A stretch of DNA of 64,000 bases from NCBI RefSeq assembly GCF_000150275.1, contig NW_002060943.1:13009639-13073638 (forward strand), in the 5' to 3' direction. The stretch is from Trichoplax adhaerens. Its lineage: Eukaryota > Animalia > Placozoa. Positions 27,701 to 40,489 of this stretch are shown here, piece by piece. Position numbers and translations under genes: made by a program. Position 1 is the first letter of the stretch. Every line of letters begins with the position of its first letter. Under the pieces are notes generated by a model, which saw nothing but the letters and a program-made list of their open reading frames with translations, ran no database searches and was not told the DNA's origin.

Positions 27701-30700
27701 AGGTGGCCATACCAATCGATTGATAAAAGATAGAGTAGCTACGATACCAAATCAGATAGTTTTCCTTGCTGTAGTCGGTTTATTGGATCGAGGTAATCTT
27801 GCCGTTGATAGTCAACACTCTCTCATGGATGAGAACGATTTTGTCCGCTAGAGGATACTGCTACCGAATAGCAACTATCAGAGAATTTTCTTTGCAGATC
27901 AGGACGATTCTATAAGCGCCCATCGGCAGGAATTCTTCCGCTTTTGATAACCTTAGGAAAGGATCCTGACGAAGGCCAATTCATGTCGATTATACGTATA
28001 ACTAGAACTGATTTAGTCAAAAGCTTGGAACAACTGAAATCTGAGTTCAGTAATTCGTACCAGCAATGGCTGAGAATTGAATCATTTTTCTTTTTCGAAA
28101 TTCATTCTGATAGACTAGTGATACTTCTACATCATTCAAGGTCAGGGTTTAAATTGATTTAGTTTTGAAAAATTTCTCATCTGCTGTAAGTCATTGGACA
28201 TCTCCTGTTAGCCGTTAAAGTAAATATCTTCCATTAATCTGATTCAATTTACGCCTGGCCAACGTTTGCTTTCAAACGAATCAATTCTAAAGATTTTTTG
28301 CAATGGTTGTTTATCAACTATGGATTAGCGTAGTTAATTTAATTTAAAGACCGTTTTTACAAAGTTGTTTAGAATCAGAACAGTGAACAGCGATCCAGAA
28401 TTTACCCGAACTGTTCTTGAATCCTAAGTTTTTCCTCTATAACTATATCAATTGATGATCAACGCTGTCCTTAATGGCCCTTAGCATACCGATCGATGGA
28501 CTATGCTTATTCTTTCTAAAACTACTGTACAAGAGTAATCTCGCTGAGCAAGAATATCAACACTCGGGTCCTTTTTGCCACCATGGCACATGATTTTCAC
28601 ACTTAAAATAATAAAAATAGCCATCTTGTAATGCTTAATAATTAATTATTAAAGCATCAATCGATAGCGTCTGCCGTCTATACAGAGGATCGATATTATT
28701 AATTCCAATTTTATCCTCAGTACTGCATAATCAATGCCTGATAGTTATTGCTTAGACAGGGTACCGTATAGTGCTCATAGGCAATTGATTTCATGAAGAG
28801 GAAAGTACTTGTGTTGTGGCGCATTAAATTCCATCGAGGGAATGAGGGAAGAAAACGTAATTGGATACCGGCTAAAGACTTCACGATGACATCAATTTTA
28901 TTCCTATTGATGTAATCCTTTCTTTCACACAAGAATAGATGGGCAATGTTGATGATATCCTATTTGAAAGAACTACAATTAAATACAGACTGTGCGACGC
29001 AATGGGATGTTACAATAATTAATGTATAAACACGCCATTAATCACTATCCACTATTGCAATCAGACCAGCCTGAATGATCTATTGATCCCAATGTTTGCA
29101 TTTGATCAACTTGATTGCCTTGTCAGGCTATTCGCCAATCTCGATTGTTTAGTCAAAGGAATTTCTAGACACTTTGGTTCATGGATTTTGATGAGACTTT
29201 CTATCCGTCTACTATCTTAATTAGACAGTATCCTTCTCGTCTCCTTGTGACTTTCCCAGCTTTTTTACTATTACATGAGGGCTGACGATCCTAATTGGCT
29301 TTGAACATCATCTACCGGTTGTGCAAGTTATGATTGAAAGATTTCCCCTTCACTTTATAGACGAATACGTGAATAGTTTTACCTCGATTAAATTATCCAT
29401 CAATCCACCTCTTATTACTGTAAAGTAACTTTCGTATTAAATATTGTTTTCTTAATAATTGAAATGTTATTTTCATAATTTTCAGGGTCGCATCGCATTT
29501 CTTCAAGGAGAACGCCGAGCTCAAGAAAACTTAAAAAATGATTTAGTAAGAAGAATTAAAATGCTGGAATACGCCCTCAAACAAGAGAGGTTCGTCAACG
29601 TTGATGACAGTCTTGAACTAGTTGTAGTTTTAAAAACTTTCGTTGTTTCTCTTTGTAGCCAATACAAGGAGTACAGTGTTAGTTTACTCAAGTATAATTG
29701 ACCTATCAGTAGTCTTGGGTAGCGCTATTTCAAAATGAAGATAAATGTCCTATAGCTTTTGCAATACATAGTTTAGTAATAAGAGACTGTTGGATAACTA
29801 TTCCTAATACCTCTTTGACTACATTTATAATAGGACAAAATTCCATAAATTAAAATACGGGACAGATCTAAAATTTGAGGATAGCAAAGCCGATGCAGTA
29901 GCCAACGAGGAAGAGAAAAATGGTAACAATTAAACTCTCGTTAGAAAATTGCATATGATCGATATTTGCAATTATTACCCGTTCTTCTTTGTATAAAATC
30001 AAAGTATTGTATCCTAGTAATGATGTTAGAATTGCTTATTAATGGGAGGATGTAGAAAACTTCTAGATTGACCTTAGAGAGTATATCACATCAAGTCTAT
30101 ATTGATATTATGTTGAACGATGACAATTTAAAATACTTGCAGTTGCTACCTAATTTATTAGAACACTTAAATAGAGCTAAAGGTTAAAATACACATCCTC
30201 CTAAAGCTGTATAAAGGATGAAAATACTTTAAAAATTAAATTTCTCATACCTTCATTAAAACGACAACGATAATTGAAATTACATGCAGTGACTACCAAA
30301 CTTATTAAACATTTAAGTAAAACTAAAGGTTGAATCACACATCCACCTAAAGCTGTAAAAATGATGAAAATACTGTGCTAATTGCATTTCTCATGCTTTA
30401 ATTTTACTAGCTGGTCCATTACCGAACGAAGAAATCGGAGATTTAACTTGGAGACAAGGAAGACAATTGCTCAGACAGTAAGTTAATTCATTTCCTTTAA
30501 TCATATCAAGCAGATTGGCTCAGAAAGGCTACAGAATGATCTGATAATGTAATCTTCATAAGCAATTACTATGTAAGGTGTGAGATTACTGTACTGAGAC
30601 TGAGAGATTATGTTATTATCTCTAGCCTTAAAATGGGTCAGGTTGTCAATGAAGTCTTGTGAACTTAGTTTGAGCCATTTATCTATCTTATGTGCTTAAT

Positions 30701-33700
30701 AGCATACTACTAGACATAGTATCACTATTATACGCGTATGCTTACTGAAAGAATTTCGTCGGTACGTCATAAAAGTGACCGCTGTAATATGCATCACCAT
30801 TTACCTTACAGATATTTACATGAAATTGGCTATACAGACACGATTCTAGAAGTTAGATCAGCACGAGTACGTTCTTTAATGGATCATTTGTCATTCGGGA
30901 AAGCTACTTCTGCGGCCAAAGATGAAAGTAACAAGGGAAAACCAGAAGCATCCAGAAAATTAAACGAAACCCAGCCAAGGTACAACGAGCATGACATGGA
31001 ATGAATTGCATACCCGTAACAAGCGATGATAAATAGGATTCAGAATTCACACTTGCTTGTTGTTTACGTGATATGCAGTTCTACCCATAAGATAAATACG
31101 ATGTATCGTTAATAATTCATTTGTGTAATAGTTACGATAGAGCCGACAACATGATTGCAGCAGACGATGAAAGTGCTGGAGCCGAAGACGCAATTATGTC
31201 AGAGTTCAATTTTCTTGCTATTGAAGGTACATATATACTCGATATTGAAATGTAGCCGATTTAGAAGCGATGGAAATCAATTCCAGCTTCAAACTGCGCC
31301 TAAATTTGCTAAATATTATACAGTGTAATTAAACTATACATGACATATATTCTTTCTTACCGAATTAGACGACTCTGAAGAAAATGGAGCAACATACTTT
31401 GAAGAAGGAGGCAACGATGATGATGACAACGTTGATGGCCTACCTACTTCATCTGATGATATCATGTTTGATAACAGTAAAGATGCATCGATAGCATTTA
31501 TGCGTACTGCTGAAAGTGGTACAGACGATAGTATGATAACCATAATAGAAGATGCTATGGCTGTCAGCCCAGAAGAAGCTGCTGCTAGAGCGTTAGATGA
31601 ATTCAACTTTCTAGTTGCAGAGGATAATGAAATTGAAGCTGATGAATCTACAGCTGACAAAAATGCTGCAAAAAATCGTAGCGAAAAATTAGGCTTAGGT
31701 AATTTAGAAATGCAATCTGAATGGAACGTTGATGCATCAGCAATCGAAAAGTTGAAAGAGCAATACAAAAAGGAAAGAAAATCAAAGAAAGTTTTAAAAC
31801 GTTAGTTATAGTAGTTAATGCTTACGGTAGTTCTATCTTAATTAGCAATGAGTCCATACAGCTTAGAAAATTTCGAATTGTAGTCCTGCTCGTACACTCT
31901 TTTAAAGTAAATCACAAACGTTATTATTCTTTAGGACCTACAAGATCGTCGTTACAAGCAATGCTTGTCAATCTAGGAGAAGATGAAGGTTCCTTCTCAT
32001 CAAAAGGATTCGGTGGCCCAGGCGGTGACTTTGGTAATCCAGATATGGAACAACCTGGATTACGAGGTGTTAGACCGTTTTCTGCTAGTAAACCAATTGT
32101 TCTTGGTGATGAATCTGTCGAGGGTGCAATTAGTTTAGGCGATTTAGCTGGTCTTTCGATATCCAATGAAGCTGAAGCTCTCAACAACGAGGTAGAACCA
32201 TCAAAAATTATTTTCTTAATTTTGAAGGCGACTATCATGATATTATAAAAGCTCATTCGTATGTCAATTTGGTATTGGTAAACTCATTTTTACATACTTA
32301 CATTTACTATATAGTCTGCGTCTTCCGGAATAATGCCTCAACATAAAACTTGGACCTTAAAATATACCCTCAGAAGGTCAGCTTCTTGTGTAGTAATACT
32401 AAAAGTTAAATCTACAGATGTGAACATTAATTTAATCTTATTCTTTTTAAATATTTTGCGAGTAGTCATTTCGATTGTGTTCGGTCGTTAGCATTTCATC
32501 CTTACGAGAATTTATTAGTATCGGCATCGGATGATCAAACGTTGAAATTATGGAATTTGCAACAAAAAGGGTCTAAAAGGTAAATTAACGTGAATTTTGT
32601 AACCTGTGTTTAGCGATTGATGATCAATCTTACCAGTTACGATCCCATTGAAGACATGTATTATCTTCTTCTAGGAATATGCAACCTGAAATTGAGCCAC
32701 TTTATACGTATCGTGGCCATAGGTAATTGACTGCAGTTTCTGTAAACTACTTTAGTTGTTATTGTTACTATCTAATTACGGCTTACTGGATTGCACTCGT
32801 TTCACTATACGATGTTTTTAAATTTGCCCTACTTTATCATTTTAATAGGGGTGCCATTTTATGCACTACCATTTCCTCTTCTGGAGATACAGTCTATAGT
32901 GGCAGCACGGATGGCGAAATAAAATGCTGGTCACTTCCTTCCATTGAAAGCGATCCATACGACAGCTTTGGTAACTAATTTTCTGTTGATAGATTATCAT
33001 TAAAAAGTTGATCAGTCTGTAATGGCTATAGCTAACGTTATCCTATTGGGCTGCTAGACCCTAGAATAGAAAAGGGAGCTTTGTCAGGGCATACAAATGC
33101 GGTCTGGAGTATTGCCGTACATCCCGATAGTGAACACATTATTTCATGTTCTGCCGACGGTACCTGTAAACTGTGGAGACCTGGCACCCTAGCCACACCT
33201 TTGATCGCTACTTTTACTGCAAATGAAGGTATTAAATCATGACATAGACAGATCGTGCCATTGTAAGTATCTACTCTGTATCTAATTTACTCAATCGCAA
33301 TCATTCTATAGATGATGGGATGCCAACGTCAGTTACGTTTTTACGTAATGACTGTAATCAAATGGCTGTATCCTACACTTCTTCGCAAACTATTATATTT
33401 GATTTACATACTGCAAAGCCAATTCTGCGCCTTAATTGCGCTCAAAGCTATGGTAAGATGATTTCCCAATTATATACTCTTATCCAAATTATTTTAGAAA
33501 TATTTTCTTAATTGTATCTCTAAAACGTGTAAACTAATCACAACTTCTTGTTATCACAGATGGCACTTTAAAATCTCAGATAAATAAAATTACCTCCCAC
33601 CCAACCTTACCTTTACTTATCACTGGCCATGAAGATCGATTCATACGCTTCTTTGATACAAACAGTTGTAAGCTTTTCTGAACTATAATATTTATCCTAT

Positions 33701-34081
33701 GTTGATCTGTATTGAGTTCTATTTATTGCCATTTGCTAGCTCAATTGGTTCATTCTATAACTGCGCATATGGATGCTGTAACAAGTTTAGCGATTGATCC
33801 TAATGGATTGTATTTGATTTCAGGAAGTATGTTGGTAGACATCAAATGTGCTAGATTGCATTATTTAGTAGTAATTGACGATTTGATATCATTGCCATTG
33901 TGTCACACTAGGTCATGACTGTTCGATACGCCTGTGGAATATAGAGAGGAAAAGTTGCATTCAAGAAATGACTGCACATCGTCGAAAATTTGACGAATCT
34001 GTGCATGATGTCGCGTTTCATCCATCCAAACCCTTCGTCGCTAGCTCTGGCGCTGACTCTGTCGTAAAAGTCTATGTTTAA
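24739..34081 (+). CDS. STRN: Striatin-family protein (STRIPAK scaffold; STRN/STRN3/STRN4 co-ortholog), ~17 exons
   Basis: Exon 1 (24739-24921) YTIPGILHYLQHEWTRFEMERAHWDIERAELQ; exon 2 (~29486) GRIAFLQGERRAQENLKNDLVRRIKMLEYALKQER; WRQGRQLLRQ/YLHEIGYTDTIL; WD40 repeats ending AHRRKFDESVHDVAFHPSKPFVASSGADSVVKVYV*. Confidence 0.95.
24960..25790. repeat. Two local duplications in striatin intron 1 (~205 bp and ~170 bp)
   Basis: (GA)n-aggcaagtag.tttaatcc...caccatcgctt at ~24962 and ~25167; tcatcgatcataacaaggat...gtggatttctcct at ~25498 and ~25669. Confidence 0.85.
27085..27665. repeat. Diverged tandem repeat (~100-bp units) in striatin intron 1
   Basis: Repeated 'catttcaattttgatggtggcatagccatcgttgaaatggaaaacgatttacc...gatccactgctatcc'. 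Confidence 0.85.
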
Positions 34082-35189
34082 TAATGATTCGAAATTACTG
34101 TATATACCGTATTCAAACTAAATTTCTATAACTTTGTATGTTTTGACTTTGCAATAATATTATATATATAACTAATAACTCCATGTTATCGGAGCTTTGC
34201 AATTTAAACACAACCGGAATAATAAGCGGACTAGATTATAAAAATTTTTATGTATGATAATGTACTAGATTGTACAGTTGCCACTCGACAGATTGTTGTC
34301 TTGAGATTGTAAGTCCATATTTTATGAAATGTTGTTGCTGTCGTCATTTTTAATACGGTTATCCAAATTGTTTATGTCAAATTTTTGCACGTTTAGAAAG
34401 TATTGGAACCTTTTCTTTTCCAAGATGTACAAATTACTTTTTTGTTTAATGTGCTCTACGCTAAAATTTATCATGATATTACCAACGTGGTTAACATTTC
34501 AGTATTAACATTGGAATGAGCTGGAAATGTTGGCTGCGTCGTCAAAAGAAGAAGAGAAAATGGTTAGGGAAAGATTTTTTAATTGTCATTATGAAATTAC
34601 AACTACGCCTTATTGCTCCTAAATTACGAATCGATTGTCACAGTGCATTTATGATAATAAATTTTTGACGCGTTTATTTCGTATACTCTTCCATGAAAAT
34701 CCTAGGAATTGTATTAAGCATGTATAATAATACAGTTTCCTCTATAGCTGCACATGTTCCTGTATAATTTTAGCAATGTAATAGCTATGGAGAAGGCTTT
34801 TTACCTTGCAATCAAGTTATGTCATTGTGTCATAATTATGATAATTTACTGGTATAATAGAATTCAATTTTCTTTTTTGATTTGTTGCTTACCACTGTGA
34901 ATTGGCTGATTTAATTTACTTTTTAAGATTGCTGAAAATGGTTGTAGCCCGCTATTGCAGCTCTACTTGTGGCTATATACCTGTACGTACGTGGAATATT
35001 GTTGAATAGATGAATCACAAAAGTATAAGGAGATTGTTGAATGAATAAATGCAAACTATACGTTCTCAAATGGAAGGATTAATCATTGGAGCGATTGTTC
35101 TTGGTGTCTCGTTATGCATTGCCAGTACTAATTCAGTAAAGATTGCATTTTAATTTAGTTATTAGCCTTCGATGCTATCATTATTTTAA

Positions 35190-35815
35190 ATCGCACTATT
35201 GTCGCAGTCAACTGTACGTTTACAGCATTTCAAATAGAATTAGACTGTACATAGCAATCAATTAATGAGCTAGGATTTCGTTAAAGTATTATAATTTCAT
35301 TTTTTCATGACGGATTTTTAATATCAATGCAACCTAGCTCAAACGCGTACTGTAGGAGCTAGCTAAGAGCATGGGCTAATAGCCAAAGATACCTGATTAT
35401 TGCATATGTTGCAGAATTGACAGTAAAGTCAATGCTCCTACGCCACCGCAGTCAATTGTACGTTTACAACGTTTCAAATAGAATTAGGCTGTATACAGCA
35501 ATCAGTTAATGTGCTAGGATTCGTTAATCCATTATGCTGTAATTCCATTTTTTCATGACGGATTTTTAATATCAATGCAACCTTGCTCATACACGTACTG
35601 TAGGAGCTAGCTAAGAGCATCGGCTAACAGCCAAAGATACCTGATTATCGCATATACGAGCAATCAGTTAATGTGCTAGGATTTCGTTAAAGCATTATAA
35701 TTCCATTTTTCACGACGGATTTTTAATATCAATGCAACCTAGCTCATACGCGTACTGTAGGAGCTAGCTAAGAGCATGGGCTAATAGCTAAAGATACCTG
35801 ATTATTGCATAAATA
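35190..35815. repeat. Three-copy tandem repeat (~180-245 bp)
   Basis: 'gacggatttttaatatcaatgcaacc..gctca.ac.cgtactgtaggagctagctaagagcat.ggctaa.agc.aaagatacctgattat' at ~35309, ~35557 and ~35714. Confidence 0.9.
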
Positions 35816-37901
35816 TATTACCGAATTAACTGTAAACTGTAAAGTCAATATTGACCCCTAAGGCAATAAGGTTTTTCGTGCAAACTAGAACAATCACCCT
35901 CTTAGTATGCCATACGGTGATGATCTAGCATCTATGCATCCGATGGTGTTATTTATGCCACTTCTATTCATTCTCACCTAATCCAAGCCAAAAATCGAGC
36001 AGAGCTCTGCAGGAACTCTGCACAGCTAACCTTCTTACAAGAGATTGCACATTCTACATGATTAGACATACAAATTAGAGTAATTTTCTACACAAGCAAT
36101 TTCAAAGCCTATTTGCTATTTCAACTCTCTTTTAAAGCGTTAATTGGTTGATTTAAGTACAATTTTCTCGATTATAACCATGTTGAAGAGAGAGGGGAAG
36201 CATTTATGATGAAGAGAAATGTCAGCAATACGTCATAGTGTAATATATAGGGTATCATAAACATTACTACTGACTCAGTACTAATCTTGAATTTGTGCTG
36301 ATTCACATTGAAATCTTATACTCTTTGACTATAGCAACTGGATCAGTTGTATTCGACCATACAAATTGCTGTTACTTTGAGTCATTCCCTTTTTCTGCAG
36401 TCAAGCAGTTCTTGTTGTCATTACGACGGTGAAGTCAAAATGTCTCCAGCTTGCTTAGCTATATAGTCGATGAATAATGAAATTGCGAGGTAAGAAAAAG
36501 GAAATAGGCTGTTATCCACCATGAACAGTAATCTACAGTTAGTTACAGTATAATGGTAGTGTTCTATTTATAGAAACTCTTCATACTTTTCATTCTTTGC
36601 CAATTATAAATCAATAATAATGTCTACTACAGCTTGTCCGTTCTTATCCACTATGGACACCAAGCTACCCCACTCTTGATTTTAGTACTATAGTATTTAC
36701 TACTTTATAGAGAGAAGCTTTTAATACTTCCTATCGTTGGCCAACTTTAAATCAATTTCTAAATATAAAAGTTAAGCCACAGTATATATCAGCCAAATAA
36801 TCGTCTTTCTGTTGACAAGAGAGAGTTGCTGATGACAACTGCTCTGCAATCCTTTGGAAGTATTATAGTTATTAAAGATACGCTATACACGTACCTATTA
36901 GCATTAATAGCAGACAAGAAACAGCATTTCTACTGTAATTTAGACTTGACTTTGTGCTTAAATTATGTCTGGTTGATGACTATGACACCTTTACGTGCTT
37001 TTTATGATAATTGTAGATGAAACCCTGAATTGAGTATAGATCTGAAATACTGATTACAAACTATCAAGGAGATGATGGAGGTAGGTTAACTTCTCGAAGC
37101 TTAACTCAAGCATTTATACCGCTCTATTCTGTTACAATCTTCAATTATAAATATAGCAATATGCTCAACATGCTAACAGGAATGTAGATATCCTTATCAA
37201 AAAGAAAGTTATTTGTAATATGCAATTTAAATATCAACCCCTACAGTACAGTACAGTAACAATCGATAAACATGTCGATAAAGTTATGTTTAATGATTGT
37301 AGAGTAGCACATAGCAAGAGTTGATCAGTTCTGCTCTCTGTAGCAAAATGTTTTCCCACTCTCCTAGACTACTTTCGTTGTGAATTTTCTACAAAACTCC
37401 TCAGAGCCTGATGCACGAGCATGTCGATTAGACGGTGCCAGTCATCATCATCAGACAGTTATTGTTTACAAGTAGATCTATTGATCTTAATTACTTTATT
37501 AGTATACATCAAATTGAGATATCAATAGCAATAATGATATCTTTCCGTGTACATTCTAAAAAGGCAGTAATTTTACGGTTACATAGGAGCTATCCCATAA
37601 ACTCCATCCGAAACATGGACAAGCTATCGACAAGGAATCCAAACAGCAAGATCAACAATATGCTAATTATCACACTAGATATCGTCCTCCGTTTCTGCAT
37701 AACATACCTCCTCCATCTTTTACAATACTAAGGCCTCCTACTCTCCACGGTAAAATGTTGTACTGTATACTTGAAATGTTACATGGTATTAAATGTGCGA
37801 TCTAATATTACATGAAACATCATTAGCAAAGGTTGTTTGTATTACAGAAGAAAAATAAAGTTGTATGTTATCATTTACTGATACTAGAAAAGAGTGCTGC
37901 C

Positions 37902-39242
37902 ATGCCTTCGAAAGTAGCAATGCCAAGTTTGCAAACTCCGCATCTTTTGAATACCTCTACTGGAGGATTTAATCAACAGTCTCAGCGTAGACTTGCTCAA
38001 AGTGGTGATTATAGTAAGAATACCCGCGGTAAGTTTATCAATAATCATTTGATTACAATGCACAAAATTATCGCCTCCATGTATATTAAATACTGGTAGT
38101 CAAGTAATTTTGAAAAATAAACGCTTTGTAATTAAGGATAGTTCCAATCGACACATAATTTCTTGCAATAAGTCATAGAATCATAATATAAATATGAGGT
38201 ATCCCTCTACTAATTTCATTGTTATTCATTTTTCAATGCTATGATGATAGAATATGCATCATCTAGTTCACTAGAACAGCTATGCCGAAAAATGGGCGCG
38301 TACTTTGATTGCTCAACTCAAAAGCTGGAAATTCCCCCTGATAAAAAGCCTCTATGTAATAAAACTCAATTTAAAAGGATGAGACGTTACTATTGGGGAA
38401 TAACCCAACAAATACAACGCATCATGTCCCTGCAACCTAGTGTATATAAAGTAAATATCAACATTTCCAAAGTAAATCTTTACCGGCTACGACCCTATAT
38501 CTATATTAACCTTAAAAAATGCTTCTATTCAGTACCGTATCCAATCAATGTACCCCCAATGATAGTTTGTATTACAGAAACCGTTATTGGTCTTATTAAG
38601 CATAAGAACTACATGGGTAAACAAGTTGAAGATTATCTGCTGCAGTGCTGTGCCAGTCCATTAGCTTGTCGCAAATACTTGGTGCAAATTTGGGAGATGT
38701 TACTGGAATCGTCATTTAGCGATCATGGTGTGGCCGATAATATTACCCAATTAGAATTAAAGGTACAACATAAAGATAACAGTGTTTTAGATTACGCCAT
38801 GGCATGCTGTGCTGCCATGAAATATATTGACAATTATGTTCTGGAGAACTCGATTGAAACGAACGACATGCAGAAGGAGGGAAATATCCTTAAATGCAGC
38901 TTAGGCCAGCAAGAATACAAACTTGATGACATAAACATTCACTTGGAATCATCATCTCGACGTCTCTTGAAGGGATCTGACGATAATTCCAAAGAGCCAA
39001 ATGTAGGCTCGACAAGTGAAGCAACTGCAAATCAGACTACAGAAGTTATCCATAAAGATGGAGTAGATATACCCAATACGTCGTCTAACAGTAATATAAA
39101 TAAAGACATTAGTCGTGTCAGTAACTTATCCGGAAAAATAGCAAAAAGGTCACGTCGAAGATCTACATTTGGCCGATGCTCAGCCACAGATAGAAGCAAG
39201 CTTTTCTTGCAGTTAACTGAAATGAAAAAGACCTTGATATGA
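37902..39242 (+). CDS. Uncharacterised ~372-aa protein, two coding exons
   Basis: Exon 37902-38028 (MPSKVAMP...KNTR, donor gtaagt, phase 1) splices in frame to the acceptor ending at 38250 and the long ORF to 39242. No family recognised. Confidence 0.6.
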
Positions 39243-40489
39243 CATATTGCAACTAATGGTAATGCTGTATAATGCTTTATACTCCTTTTTTATATCTCTA
39301 GGACTGCGGTGATCGCCATTGCCTCCTGTGTTGTTGCTCGTAGGACAGACATCTTCATCCTATAGCAAAATTTTGTCGATTCTTTATACCGTATTAGAAT
39401 ATTGTTTTGATTACGATGATGGCAATAGCTACTCTGTTGTGGGTTATAAGGCAAACTTTATATATAATTTTATTAGTCTGCATCTGATTACCAATCCATC
39501 ACTATCACTTTGTATTGTATGATATTGTAAATACTTGAATTACAGAAATTATAACCTGTTTTGACTTTTACAAGTTATTATTTATAAATCTTATTTGGCT
39601 TATTAAAAGGTTTAATGATTGATTAATCGATCCATCATGACAACGTCTGCTAGCACTAGCCTTCAATAACCTAAATGCCATAGTGAGATTCAAAAATTTC
39701 CAGTAGATATCCTTATACGTATCATTTGAAGTTAATACTTGAACTATTCAAATATTAATTAACTATAACAAAATAGATGTATTAGAACTGGATGATTAAC
39801 TATATATAGCCTAGTGCATAAATATTGTTGTACTTCAATAGTGCAGATATGAAGGTGAGAATTGAGAAGAGATCGAAGGGGGGATGAAAATCAATATAAT
39901 ATCTACGCTGTAGAATAGACGTTAGAGTACTGTACTATGTGAGTAATAGGCTACCTGATTTACAATAGTTCCTATTAATTTGAACTTGGTCACTCACTAG
40001 CCATAGCAATGGATGTGTGCATAGGTATCTATTTAATGTGTTAGCTTAAGTCAGAGCATAGCACTGCAGTAAATAGATACAACTTTATATTTTATTGGCT
40101 ATCAATAAATCAGGATTGAATAGTGCACAAGAGAAAGCAAACGCAGAAATATCAGCTAGCGCAGTCAATATTGATTACTAGAATCTAATAAAAGTAGCTA
40201 CAAAATAAATCTTCTGTCGTACCATCAGTAGCTAGGGTTACGGCTTGTTATAATTAATAGAACGGCTATAGAATATTATAGAATATTAGAATAGTGACTA
40301 ATAAATTTAAATCATTCTAACCAATAATTCTCAATCGAATAGAAAATATTCACTTACGAGTATACATTCAAAATCATCTTGACCTAAAAGTTAGTTACTA
40401 TAACGGTATAATTATGGAATGGAACTGTTATTACCAAACTTTAAAGTATCCTCACGAAAAAATGACAGATCGAAGACCATTATAAGTTT

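Noticed and set aside
31334-32256. Antisense ORFs of 144 and 110 aa (likewise 40542..40910, 8571..8819, 10059..10247)
   Set aside because: Shadow frames of real exons on the opposite strand.
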